Positions 18,854-28,151 are shown, counted from the first letter of the stretch. The stretch is 63,362 nucleotides of DNA from an uncultured Verrucomicrobia subdivision 3 bacterium (GCA_903842235.1 CAIMLG010000278.1:1-63362); one strand, 5' to 3'. Notes: generated by a model not told the origin, from the letters alone. A program made the numbers and translations.

Positions 18854-19012
18854 GGTAGGGACGGCGCGCTGCGCCGTCTGGGGTGGCCAGCCACAAGGAG
18901 CTTCGCGGATCGCGTCAAGGGTAGATGACTATTCCGGGCTTGGGTGGGGGCTGCTGCGACGTTCGCGCCTTGGCCTTGGTGGAGGGGGACAACGCGCTGC
19001 GCTGTCCGTGCC
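18854..19012. repeat. Intergenic GTAG-type REP doublet, partly decayed
   Basis: GGTAGGGACGGCGCgctGCGCCGTC at the left; degenerate inverse GGACAACGCGCTGCGCTGTCCGTGCC at the right. Confidence 0.65.
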
Positions 19013-19047
19013 CCCGAGCCGGCGAAAGGCAAGCTTAACGCCGTCTG

Positions 19048-19166
19048 AATTTTCCCCTTGACCGCCGTCGGTAATAATTGTATAATAATGTAAACTACAT
19101 TCAAACCGCGGGTTTCTTGGAACCGGGTTTGATGTTCTTTGACATTTTGTTCGCCGGGGCCGGCGG
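19048..19166 (+). promoter_or_regulatory. Repeated promoter-hairpin-boxA-like module, copy A
   Basis: TTGACC(19058)-17 bp-TATAAT(19081); CAAACC...GGTTTG hairpin; GTTCTTTGACA; 101/119 nt identical to 63150-63268. Confidence 0.8.
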
Positions 19167-19489
19167 GTTGGGTCGATGGCGGGAAGGCGGGAAGAAATGC
19201 CTCGCCACGGTCCGGAAACGGTCCGGTTTTGGATGCCCCATCAAGCACTTACAAAAATTGCCCCGGTTCGGGTAACCAGGATCAGCCCGCAGCCAACCCC
19301 GTGGCGGCCACGCCCTCGTCGCCCGGGGCATGCGGGGTGGTTTCGCTCTTGGGACGGACCCCCAAAGTCACAAGGCGTTGCTTTCCCCCTTGGGTTGAAG
19401 TCTCAGGTGGAATCCTTGGTCATCCGTGAACTCCGCGTCCAAGAATTTTTCGTGTGGTTCGCGGGGTTCGCGGTTAACATTTTTCGAAG

Positions 19490-20551
19490 ATGAAATCGAA
19501 AAAAGTCGCCATTGTCGGTGCGTCCGGGTATTCCGGCGAAGTCCTCGTGCAGTTGCTCCTGAACCATCCGCATGCGGAACTCGTGGCCGTCACCTCGCGC
19601 CAGAACGCCGGCCAGACGCTGGCCCAGGTGTTTCCCAAATTTGCCAGCCATCCGAAATCCAAAACGCTCCGGTTTTCTGAGCCCAACGCCGCGGTGCTCG
19701 CCCAGCAGGCGGAGGTGGTTTTTCTGGCCCTGCCGCATGGGGTGGCCGCTGAATTTGCCGTCCCGCTGAACGCCGCCGGTTGCGTGGTTATTGATCTCAG
19801 CGCCGATTTCCGGCTGCGGAGCGCGGAGGTTTACAAGGAATTTTACGCGCATGATCATCCCGCGCCCGAGTTGTTAAAAACAGCCGTTTACGGCTTGCCG
19901 GAAGTTTATCGGGAAGAAATTAAAAAATCCCTGCTCATCGCCTCCCCCGGCTGTTATCCGACGAGTATCCTGCTGCCGACCATTCCGCTGCTCAAAGCCG
20001 GCCTCATCCAGCCGACCGGCATTATCGCCGACTCGTTGAGCGGCGTCAGCGGTGCGGGGCGCAAGGCCGAGGTGGATTATTTGTTTTGCGAATGCAATGA
20101 GAGCGTCCGCCCCTACGGCGTGCCCAAGCACCGGCATTTGTCCGAGATTGAAGAGCAGCTTTCCTTCGCCGCCGGCACCAAGGTCACCATTCAGTTCACC
20201 CCGCATTTGATCCCGGTGAACCGGGGCATTTTAACCACGCTTTACCTCGCGCCGGCCGAGGCCTTCGGCGATGCCGCCGGCGCCGACGCGTTCGGTAAAA
20301 AGATCGCCGCGTGCTACCAGCAGGCTTACGCCACCGAGCCATTTGTGCGGTTGCTCGAAGGCAAAGCATTGCCCGATACGAAAAACGTGGTCGGCACCAA
20401 CGTCTGCGAATTTGCCTGGCGGCTGGACCCGCGCACCGGCCGATTGATCGTGATGAGCGCCGAGGACAATGTGGTCAAAGGCGCCAGCGGTCAGGCCGTG
20501 CAAAGCATGAATCTAGTCTGCGGCTGGCCGGAAACGTCCGGCCTGATCTAA
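19490..20551 (+). CDS. argC: N-acetyl-gamma-glutamyl-phosphate reductase
   Basis: GASGYSG, DLSADFRL, PGCYPT, SGVSGAGR, DNVVKGASGQAVQ. Confidence 0.97.
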   Translation: MKSKKVAIVGASGYSGEVLVQLLLNHPHAELVAVTSRQNAGQTLAQVFPKFASHPKSKTLRFSEPNAAVLAQQAEVVFLALPHGVAAEFAVPLNAAGCVVIDLSADFRLRSAEVYKEFYAHDHPAPELLKTAVYGLPEVYREEIKKSLLIASPGCYPTSILLPTIPLLKAGLIQPTGIIADSLSGVSGAGRKAEVDYLFCECNESVRPYGVPKHRHLSEIEEQLSFAAGTKVTIQFTPHLIPVNRGILTTLYLAPAEAFGDAAGADAFGKKIAACYQQAYATEPFVRLLEGKALPDTKNVVGTNVCEFAWRLDPRTGRLIVMSAEDNVVKGASGQAVQSMNLVCGWPETSGLI

Positions 20552-20558
20552 CGCCTCC

Positions 20559-21557
20559 ATGCCGCCGTCCTTGTCCCAATCTGCCGCCGAGCATCTGGAT
20601 GAACTGGTGCTGCCGTTTGTGCGCCAGGATTTCACCACCCTGGCAGACGATGCCACCGTGGAACAGGCGTTGGCCTCGATCCGCAGCCAGGGCGTGGGCG
20701 AGCGTGTGGTTTATTTTTATGTGGTGAATGCCGCGAAACAGCTCGTGGGTGTGGTGCCCACCCGCCGCCTGCTGACCACGCCGCTGGATAGCCGGTTGGT
20801 GGATATTATGATCCGCAATGTGGTGGCTATTCCCGCCACCGCCACCGTCATGGATGCGTGCGAATGTTTTGCCATCCACAAATTTTTCGCCTTTCCCATC
20901 CTTGATGCGGCCCGGCACGTGGTCGGCGTGGCGGATGTGGGCCTGTTCACCAATCAGGTCTTCGACGTGGCGGAGCGGGAGCAGATGGACGAAGTTTTTG
21001 AAGCCATCGGCTTCCGGGTCACGCAAGTCCGGGACGCCTCGCCGGGGCGGGCCTTTCGCATCCGTTTCCCCTGGCTGGTGACGACCCTCATCAGCGGCAC
21101 GTTCTGTGCGCTGCTGGCGAGCGCCTACGAGCTGACGCTGGCCAAGAGCCTTGTGCTGACGTTTTTTCTGACCATGATTCTCGGCCTGAATGAAAGCGTC
21201 AGCATCCAATCCATGACCATGACGATTCAGGCGCTGCGTTCGCTGACCCCGACGCGGCGCTGGTATCTCCAGGCGTTCCGGCGCGAAGCCGGCACCGCGC
21301 TGCTGCTCGGGCTGGCCTGCGGGGTCATTGTGCTGATCATTTCCTGCGTCTGGCGCGGTCCGGACCTGGCGGCCGTGGTGGTGGGCGTGACCATTTTTCT
21401 AACGCTCTGCGTGGCCTGCCTTGCTGGGTTGTCGGTGCCAACCATTCTGCACGCCCTCAAGCTGGATCCCAAAATTGCCGCCGGCCCGCTGACGCTGGCG
21501 CTGACTGACATTATCGCGCTGCTGCTGTATTTTAATCTCGCCAAGTTTCTCCTGTGA
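20559..21557 (+). CDS. MgtE-family transporter (CBS pair + TM domain, no N domain)
   Basis: YFYVV...LVGVV..RRLL; RFPWL; DPKIAAGPLTLALTD. Confidence 0.8.
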   Translation: MPPSLSQSAAEHLDELVLPFVRQDFTTLADDATVEQALASIRSQGVGERVVYFYVVNAAKQLVGVVPTRRLLTTPLDSRLVDIMIRNVVAIPATATVMDACECFAIHKFFAFPILDAARHVVGVADVGLFTNQVFDVAEREQMDEVFEAIGFRVTQVRDASPGRAFRIRFPWLVTTLISGTFCALLASAYELTLAKSLVLTFFLTMILGLNESVSIQSMTMTIQALRSLTPTRRWYLQAFRREAGTALLLGLACGVIVLIISCVWRGPDLAAVVVGVTIFLTLCVACLAGLSVPTILHALKLDPKIAAGPLTLALTDIIALLLYFNLAKFLL

Positions 21558-21558
21558 C

Positions 21559-22434
21559 ATGAAATATGCCGCTGCGAACCTGGCGTGGAATCCGGCCGAT
21601 TACGCCGCCAATTCGGCCGTGCAGCTCAGCTGGGCGCGCGAGCTCCTCGGCCGGCTCCATCTGCGCGGCGACGAGCACCTCCTCGATGTTGGCTGCGGCG
21701 ATGGCAAGATCACGGCGGAAATCGCCCGGGCTTTGCCGCGCGGCGCGGTGGTGGGGATGGATGCCTCGGCGGAAATGATCGCCTTTGCCCGCAAAATGTT
21801 TCCGGTCAGCCGTCATTCTAATTTGGATTTTCAAGTGTGCGACGCTCGGGAAATCGAAACATTGGTAGGGCGCGTCACTCCGTGCGCGCCGGATGCTCGA
21901 CAGCCTCGCGCCGGCGGGCAGAAGACTGCCCGCCCTACCTTTGACGTAGTCTTCTCCAACGCCGCCTTGCATTGGGTGGATGATCACGAGGCAATTTTGC
22001 ACGGCGCGGCGGCCTGCCTCAAACCCGGCGGCCGCTTGGTGGTTTCCTGCGGCGGCAAAGCAAACGCGCACGAGGTGTTTCTGGCGCTGCGACCGGAAAT
22101 GCGGCTGAAGCGCTGGCGCGCATATTTTCGCCAGATGCCCATGCCCTATCACTTTTATTCGCCCGCCGATTACGAAAAATGGTTGCCGCGCGCCGGGTTC
22201 AAAATCCAGAAAGTGGAACTCGCGCCGAAAGCGGCGCTTTACGACGGCGCGGCTGGTTTGGCTGCCTGGCTGCGCACGACGTGGCTGCCGTTCACCCAGC
22301 GCGTGCCGGCAGCGTTGCGCGAAGAATTCCTCACCGCCGTCACGCATCGCTATCTCTCCGTGCATCCGCCGGATGCGGCGGGCCAGGTCCACGTCCGCAT
22401 GGTGCGGCTGGAGATTCAAGCGGAGAAAATTTAA
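21559..22434 (+). CDS. Class I SAM methyltransferase (Tam-like)
   Basis: LLDVGCGDG, DAS.EMI, FDVVFSNAALHW, LKPGG. Confidence 0.88.
   Translation: MKYAAANLAWNPADYAANSAVQLSWARELLGRLHLRGDEHLLDVGCGDGKITAEIARALPRGAVVGMDASAEMIAFARKMFPVSRHSNLDFQVCDAREIETLVGRVTPCAPDARQPRAGGQKTARPTFDVVFSNAALHWVDDHEAILHGAAACLKPGGRLVVSCGGKANAHEVFLALRPEMRLKRWRAYFRQMPMPYHFYSPADYEKWLPRAGFKIQKVELAPKAALYDGAAGLAAWLRTTWLPFTQRVPAALREEFLTAVTHRYLSVHPPDAAGQVHVRMVRLEIQAEKI
21864..21939. repeat. GTAG-type REP doublet translated within the methyltransferase gene
   Basis: GGTAGGGCG/CGCCCTACC termini as in the recG element; internal hairpin GGCGGGCAG-aaga-CTGCCCGCC. Confidence 0.88.
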
Positions 22435-22495
22435 CCACCAAGAAACAAAGCAACGCAGACCGGAAAATACTTTGTTCCTTGGTTCCTTTGTTGTT
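22433..22495. repeat. Intergenic REP-like palindrome overlapping a stop codon
   Basis: AACCACCAAGAAACAAAG ... CTTTGTTCCTTGGTTCCTTTGTTGTT; a related half-site lies near 42908-42927. Confidence 0.6.
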
Positions 22496-22506
22496 CAATT
22501 TTTAAT

Positions 22507-23889
22507 ATGAAAATGCCGTTGAAAGAAATTCCCGGTTCCATCGTCGCGCCGATTGGCTTTATGGCCGGCGGTGTGTTTTGTGACATCAAAAAACTCGGCA
22601 CGGGCAAAGGCTCCAATAAGGGCCAAAAGCGCGATCTCGCCCTGATCGTCTCCGAAACGCCCGCCACGGTCGCCAGCCTGTTCACGACCAATCAGGTCTG
22701 CGCCGCGCCGGTAAAAGTCTGCGTCGAGCGGATGAAGTCGCCCACCGCGCAAGTGGTGGTGGTGAATTCCGGCAACGCCAATGCCTGCACCGGCAAACAA
22801 GGCATGGCCGATGCCCGCGCCATGGTTTCCTTTACTGAACAGACGCTGGGGCTTTCCGCCGGTCGCGCGCTGGTCGGTTCCACCGGCCGGATTGGCGTGC
22901 TCATGCCGATGGATAATATCCGCGCTGGCATTCTCGAAGCGGCAATGGAGCTGGGGACCACCGCCGAGCACGCGAACCGGGCCACCGAAGCCATCATGAC
23001 CAGCGACACCAAGCCCAAGCAGGTCGCCGTGGAATTTAAGCTGGGCGGTAATACCGTTCGCATCGGTGGCATCTGCAAGGGCGCCGGCATGATTCAGCCC
23101 GGCATGAGCGCCACCGGCGCGCGGCCGGCCGCTTTGCCTGGTGGCCGTGCGCCAGCACTGCACGCCACGATGCTGGGCTTTATCACCACGGATGCCGCCG
23201 TTGACGCCAAGGTTTTGCAGGCGGCGCTCAACGAAGCGGTGGCCAGCAGCTTTAACCGGATTACGGTGGATGGCGACATGAGCACCAATGACACCGTTTT
23301 AGTGCTGGCCAACGGGCTAGCGGGAAATACCCCGCTGGTAGCCGCCGATGTGAATCGGCGGAAATCCGCGTTTTCACCAGCGCGGCTACGCGATTTGAAA
23401 ATCTTCCAAGCCGCGTTGAACCATGTCTGCCTCGAACTGGCCAAGAAAATTGTCCGCGATGGCGAAGGCGTTCACCGGGTGGTGACCGTGCGGGTGAATG
23501 GCGCCAAGACCATTCAAGATGCCGATGCCGCCTCGCGCGCCGTGGCCAATAGCGCTTTGGTGAAAACGAGCTGGCACGGCGGCGACCCGAACTGGGGCCG
23601 CATTATTGACGCCATCGGCTATTCCGCCGCCAAGGTGGTGGAAGAGAAAGTTGACATTGGCTACAGCGCGCCCGGCAGCAAAAAAACACTCTGGAGTCTC
23701 AAACGCGGCCAGCCGACCAAAGCGACGTTCAAAGCATTATGCGCCGCCGTCGCGCCCAAGGAATTTGAGCTGCACATCAACTTGAATCTCGGCCAGGCCA
23801 ACGCGGTGATGTATGCCGCCGATTTGACCGAAGAATATGTGGACTTCAACAAGGGCGATGTCACCGATGCCAGCTCGCTGGGCGGTTGA
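22507..23889 (+). CDS. argJ: Ornithine acetyltransferase ArgJ
   Basis: NSGNANACTG, STGRIG, IMTSDT, KGAGMI, ATML, VDGDMSTND, RDGEG, DPNWGRI. Confidence 0.97.
   Translation: MKMPLKEIPGSIVAPIGFMAGGVFCDIKKLGTGKGSNKGQKRDLALIVSETPATVASLFTTNQVCAAPVKVCVERMKSPTAQVVVVNSGNANACTGKQGMADARAMVSFTEQTLGLSAGRALVGSTGRIGVLMPMDNIRAGILEAAMELGTTAEHANRATEAIMTSDTKPKQVAVEFKLGGNTVRIGGICKGAGMIQPGMSATGARPAALPGGRAPALHATMLGFITTDAAVDAKVLQAALNEAVASSFNRITVDGDMSTNDTVLVLANGLAGNTPLVAADVNRRKSAFSPARLRDLKIFQAALNHVCLELAKKIVRDGEGVHRVVTVRVNGAKTIQDADAASRAVANSALVKTSWHGGDPNWGRIIDAIGYSAAKVVEEKVDIGYSAPGSKKTLWSLKRGQPTKATFKALCAAVAPKEFELHINLNLGQANAVMYAADLTEEYVDFNKGDVTDASSLGG
23338..23389. repeat. GTAGC-type palindromic element in frame within argJ
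   Basis: GTAGCCGC/GCGGCTAC termini; internal CCGCCGAT-gtga-ATCGGCGG hairpin; peptide VAADVNRRKSAFSPARLR. Confidence 0.7.
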
Positions 23890-23947
23890 TTTTTGTTTGC
23901 GGCGGGATGCACTAAAATCGTCCCGGTCGCTAAGCAAGCATCGCCGG

Positions 23948-25147
23948 TTACAGCAAGTGCCCCAGCTTCTCGCGCTTGGTTTTCAGGTAGTGCTCGTTGT
24001 GCGGGTTGGACTTGATCTTGATGGGGACCTGTTGGGTGACTTCTAGTCCATACCCTTCCAAGCCAACGATTTTGCGCGGGTTGTTGGTGAGGAGCCGGAT
24101 GGTTTTCAGGCCGAGGTCGCAGAGAATTTGCGCGCCGAGGCCGTATTCGCGCAGATCCATCTTGAAGCCGAGTTTTTCGTTGGCCTCCACGGTGTCGTAG
24201 CCCTGCTCCTGCAATTTGTAGGCTTGGATTTTTGGCAGGAGGCCGATGCCGCGACCTTCCTGTCGCATGTAGAGCACCACGCCGCAGCCCGCCTCCGCAA
24301 CCTGCCGCATGGCGGTGTGCAACTGCGGCCCGCAATCGCACCGGCGCGAGCCAAAGACGTCGCCGGTCAGGCACTCGCTATGGACGCGCACCAGGACGTT
24401 TCTTTTGCCAGTAATGTCGCCATGCACGAGGGCCAGATGGTTTTCGCCATCCAGCTTCGAACGGTAAAGATGCAGATTGAAATCGCCGAAGGCGGTGGGC
24501 ATCCGCACGATTTCGATGGCTTCCACCAATTTTTCGCGGTTGCGCCGGTATTCGATGAGCGAGGCGGTGGTGCAAATTTTTAATTTATGCTTTTTGGCAA
24601 ATTTCCGGAGCTGCGGCAGCCGGGCCATGGTGCCGTCGTCGTTCATGATTTCGCAGATCACGGCGATCGGGCGGCAGCCGGCCAGCGTGGCCAGATCCAC
24701 GGCCGCCTCGGTGTGCCCGGCCCGCTGCAGTACGCCGCCGGGTTGTGCCCGCAGCGGAAACATATGCCCCGGTTGCACCAGATCGCTGGGTTTGGCTTTG
24801 GGATCGGCCATGATGCGGACGGTTTCCGCGCGATCGGCGGCGCTGATGCCGGTGGCGATGCCATGGGCGGCATCCACGCTGACTTGAAAATCGGTTTTAT
24901 GGGATTCGCGGTTCTGACGCACCATGCGTTCGACGCCCAAGCGCGCCAGGTAGGCGGAAGTGGTGGGCACGCAGACCAAGCCGCGGGCGTGTTTGACCAT
25001 GAAATTAATGACTGTCGGCGTGGCGTGCTGGCCGGCCACGATGATGTCGCCTTCGTTCTCGCGATCTTCGTCGTCTACCACGATGACCATTTTGCCTTTA
25101 CGGATGGCAGCCAGGACGGCTTCGATCGAGTCAAATTTCGTTTTCAT
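23948..25147 (-). CDS. ribBA: Bifunctional DHBP synthase / GTP cyclohydrolase II
   Basis: [48 protein letters not shown]. Confidence 0.97.
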   Translation of the reverse strand: MKTKFDSIEAVLAAIRKGKMVIVVDDEDRENEGDIIVAGQHATPTVINFMVKHARGLVCVPTTSAYLARLGVERMVRQNRESHKTDFQVSVDAAHGIATGISAADRAETVRIMADPKAKPSDLVQPGHMFPLRAQPGGVLQRAGHTEAAVDLATLAGCRPIAVICEIMNDDGTMARLPQLRKFAKKHKLKICTTASLIEYRRNREKLVEAIEIVRMPTAFGDFNLHLYRSKLDGENHLALVHGDITGKRNVLVRVHSECLTGDVFGSRRCDCGPQLHTAMRQVAEAGCGVVLYMRQEGRGIGLLPKIQAYKLQEQGYDTVEANEKLGFKMDLREYGLGAQILCDLGLKTIRLLTNNPRKIVGLEGYGLEVTQQVPIKIKSNPHNEHYLKTKREKLGHLL

Positions 25148-25387
25148 CAGCCGGAACAGGCTAATCGTAAACGCGAAAAATGTCACCCCATTCATCACGC
25201 GGTGGCGTGTCGTTTTCAAAGGGAGACTTTTGCGTGCGGCTTTGTAGCGGATGGGCGATGGGACAACGTCACCGTGCGACGTGGCGAAATGAGCTCGTGC
25301 CCTCGCAACGCCGCCGGGTCAGATGACAAATGCATCGGGAGACAGCGCCGGAAAACCGGAAGCAATGACCCGTTGCGTGCAACCACT

Positions 25388-25445
25388 ATCCCGAAGCGAT
25401 TGCGTCATCCAGCCCGGCGTTGGCGCGGAGCGGCTACGCCGGGTT
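25388..25445. repeat. REP-like hairpin between ftsY and ribBA
   Basis: AGCCCGGCGT...ACGCCGGGTT stem. Confidence 0.5.
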
Positions 25446-25454
25446 ACCCGATTC

Positions 25455-26366
25455 TCATTCCTCAAACAACGCCTGCGCAAACTGCTTCGCGTCGAAGGGC
25501 TGCAAGTCGTCGGGCTGTTCGCCGAGGCCGATGAACTTGATGGGCAGGCCGAGTTCCTTCTGGATGGCCACCACCATGCCGCCTTTGCTGGTGCCGTCCA
25601 GCTTGGTCACGATCAGGCCGGTGAGCGGCACGGCTTTGTTGAATTCGCGCGCCTGGTTCAGCGCGTTCATGCCGGTGCTGCCGTCGAGCACGAGCAGCAC
25701 TTCATGCGGCGCGCCGGGCAGCTGCTTGCCGATGACGCGATGCAGTTTTAACAGTTCCTGCATGAGGTTGTGCTTGGTGTGCAGGCGCCCGGCGGTGTCA
25801 ATGAAGAGGTAATCGGCCTTGCGCGCGTGGGCGGCGGTCACGGCGTCATGCGCCACGGAAGCGGCATCGGAGCCATAGGCGCTGGCGATGACTTCCACCT
25901 TGAGGCGCGCGCCCCAGAGTTTGAGCTGCTCGATGGCGGCGGCGCGGAAGGTGTCGCACGCGGCGAGCAGCGCGGTCTGGCCTCGCGATTGCACGAGAAA
26001 AGCGAGTTTGGCGCTGGTGGTGGTCTTGCCGGTGCCGTTCACGCCCACGATGGAAACAATGGTGGGGCCGCTGGGCGCCTTGAGCAAATCGGCTTTATTG
26101 CTGGCCAGGCTTTTCTCGATTTCGGCGCGGGCGATGGCCAGGTAATCCAGCCCCGCCGCGCCTTGGGTTTCGTAGGCTTTTTTAACGGCCGCCACGATCT
26201 GGGCGGTCATGGCGTGGCCGAGGTCGGCGGCGATGAGCGCGTGCTCGATTTCCTCCAGCGACTCAGCGGTAAGCTTGGGCGAGCGCGTGACGATGCGCTT
26301 GAGTTCGTGGGTGAGCTTGGCGTGCGTCTTGGCCAGGCCGGCTTTAAATTTGGAAAAGAGTCCCAT
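25455..26366 (-). CDS. ftsY: SRP receptor FtsY (short, NG domain only)
   Basis: GVNGTGKTT, DTFRAAA, DTAGR, TKLDGTSKGG; start MGLFSKFK. Confidence 0.97.
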   Translation of the reverse strand: MGLFSKFKAGLAKTHAKLTHELKRIVTRSPKLTAESLEEIEHALIAADLGHAMTAQIVAAVKKAYETQGAAGLDYLAIARAEIEKSLASNKADLLKAPSGPTIVSIVGVNGTGKTTTSAKLAFLVQSRGQTALLAACDTFRAAAIEQLKLWGARLKVEVIASAYGSDAASVAHDAVTAAHARKADYLFIDTAGRLHTKHNLMQELLKLHRVIGKQLPGAPHEVLLVLDGSTGMNALNQAREFNKAVPLTGLIVTKLDGTSKGGMVVAIQKELGLPIKFIGLGEQPDDLQPFDAKQFAQALFEE

Positions 26367-26373
26367 GTTTTTC

Positions 26374-26442
26374 ACCACAGATTTACTCAGATGGACACAG
26401 ATGTAAAAATCTGTTTCCGAAAAATCCGTGTTTATCCGCGGT
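26374..26442. repeat. REP-like palindrome containing the PHP gene stop codon
   Basis: ACCACAGAT...GGACACAGAT versus ATCCGTGTTTATCCGCGGT, imperfect inverted repeat. Confidence 0.65.
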
Positions 26443-27271
26443 TTTTTGATTTTCGTTCGGCCACTTTGGCCTTGAGTTTCTCGACATGGTCGTAGGGCAG
26501 CCGGATGGTGCCGATGAGCGGGGCCTTTTTGCTGAAGCCGTGGCAGTCGCTGCCGCCGGTGACGAGTAGATGGTATTTCTCGGCGATCTCCAGGTAGCGC
26601 TCGGCCATCACGGTGGAATGTTTGGTGTGGAAACATTCGATGCCGTCCAATCCGGCGGCCACCAGCGCGGGAATGATGTCATCCGTGCGGTTGAGGCCGG
26701 GGTGGGCCATGACGGCAAGGCCGCCGGCTTGGTGAATCAGTTCCACGCTTTCGAGCGCGGACATTTTGCACTTGGGCACCCAGGCGGGCCGGCCTTTTTT
26801 GAGATACCGCTCAAAGGCCTCGTCGAGATTGCTGATGAGCTTTTCCTTCACCAGCGCGCGGGCGACGTGCGGCCGGCCGGGCGATTTGCAATTGGCCAGG
26901 GCAAACACGGTTTCCGCCCGGAGCGCGAGGCCGAGCCGGTTCAGCGCGGCGACCATTTCGCGGATGCGGTTTTGCCGGACGGCTTGGAACTGGGCGAGGC
27001 GCTCGAGCAGCCGCCGGTTTTGCGGGTCGAGAAAATAGCCGAGAATGTGCACCTCGATATCTTCGTGCTCGGCGGTCAGCTCGGTGCCCACGATGAATTC
27101 CATCTGCCCGGCGGCGCAGGCGGCGGCGGCGCGGGCGCAGCCCTCCACCGTGTCGTGGTCGGTCAGCGCGATGCCCGCGAGGCCGGTGTTTTGCGCCCGC
27201 AACACGAGCTCCTCCGGCGTGAAGGTGCCGTCGGAAAACTGCGTGTGAAGATGCAAATCGGCAAACTTCAT
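26432..27271 (-). CDS. PHP-domain phosphoesterase (YciV/TrpH-like)
   Basis: DLHLHT..SDG, TDHD, HILGY, GRPH, AHP, GGSDCHG. Confidence 0.93.
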   Translation of the reverse strand: MKFADLHLHTQFSDGTFTPEELVLRAQNTGLAGIALTDHDTVEGCARAAAACAAGQMEFIVGTELTAEHEDIEVHILGYFLDPQNRRLLERLAQFQAVRQNRIREMVAALNRLGLALRAETVFALANCKSPGRPHVARALVKEKLISNLDEAFERYLKKGRPAWVPKCKMSALESVELIHQAGGLAVMAHPGLNRTDDIIPALVAAGLDGIECFHTKHSTVMAERYLEIAEKYHLLVTGGSDCHGFSKKAPLIGTIRLPYDHVEKLKAKVAERKSKNRG

Positions 27272-27771
27272 TTCACAATGCGCGCCGGCCGGAGAATTTC
27301 GCCGCGCACCTTGTCGAGAATGCCGTTGACGAACTTGCCGCTGTCCTCGGTGGAAAATTTCTTCGCGATGTCCACCGCCTCGTTGATGCTCACCACGGGG
27401 GGAATGTCCTCGCGGTGCAGCATTTCGTAGATGGCCAGGCGCATCACATTGCGGTCCACCACGGCGATGCGGTGGAAATCCCAGTTGCGGGCGTGCTTCT
27501 TGATGTGCTCGTCAATGGCGTCGCGGTGCTGGAGCACGCCCTTGATGAGCGGCTCGGCAAAGAGGCGCGTCTCGGCCTCTTCGGCGGTGGGCGGCGGTAG
27601 TTCGGTCTTTTCGCCCCACTTGGCCATGCCGGACTTTTCGTCCTCAATGGCGGCGGCGCGCTGGGAATTCCAGAACGTCGCCAGTTCCAACTCAAGGTTG
27701 TCTGGTGGATTCAGGTCGTGCTGAAACAAGAATTGAACTGCGCGTTCGCGCGCTTCGCGTCGTTTTCCCAT
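27268..27771 (-). CDS. nusB: Transcription antitermination factor NusB
   Basis: RREARERAVQFLF, VDRNVMRLAIYE, INEAVDIAKKF, FVNGILD. Confidence 0.96.
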   Translation of the reverse strand: MGKRREARERAVQFLFQHDLNPPDNLELELATFWNSQRAAAIEDEKSGMAKWGEKTELPPPTAEEAETRLFAEPLIKGVLQHRDAIDEHIKKHARNWDFHRIAVVDRNVMRLAIYEMLHREDIPPVVSINEAVDIAKKFSTEDSGKFVNGILDKVRGEILRPARIVK

Positions 27772-27899
27772 GCACCGGATGATGCCGCAAAAAGTCGCCC
27801 CGGGAAATAAAAACTATTCCGGCCCGGCCACCACTTTGCCGGTCGGGTAGATTACGCTTGGGCGGGCAGCGGGTTTTGGCTATTGTCCGCCCTGCCCGT

Positions 27900-28151
27900 A
27901 TGCCCAATCCCGCCCTTGTATCGGCCGATTATATTGTCGTGGTCAGCAACGAAGATGATCACCTCAGTGGCTTTCACCATTTCTCCGAAAAAGTGAATCG
28001 CAAGCTGAAGGTGGGTTACCAACTGCACGGCCAGCCGTTTGCCATGGGCAAGGTCATGTGTCAGGCCATGATCCGGATCGCGGGGCCCGCCCGCCAGGGC
28101 GACACCACTTTTTTCCACACCCACCCCGCTGCCCCGCAGGGCTATCCTTAA
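27900..28151 (+). CDS. Small hypothetical protein, DUF1737-like
   Basis: Y.VV...DD...F..KVN..L..GYQLHGQP......QAM pattern, recalled resemblance. Confidence 0.55.
   Translation: MPNPALVSADYIVVVSNEDDHLSGFHHFSEKVNRKLKVGYQLHGQPFAMGKVMCQAMIRIAGPARQGDTTFFHTHPAAPQGYP

Noticed and set aside
19101-19331. ORFs overlapping the repeated module (e.g. ...MSKNIKPGSKKPAV)
   Set aside because: Reading frames are not preserved beyond a few codons between copies; conservation follows promoter and boxA-like elements, not codons
19170-19489. rRNA or tRNA downstream of the boxA-like motif
   Set aside because: No 16S 5' signature or tRNA cloverleaf seen before argC
26367-26636. N-terminal extension of ftsY
   Set aside because: Overlaps the PHP gene and translates a palindromic repeat; MGLFSKFK is a typical short-FtsY start
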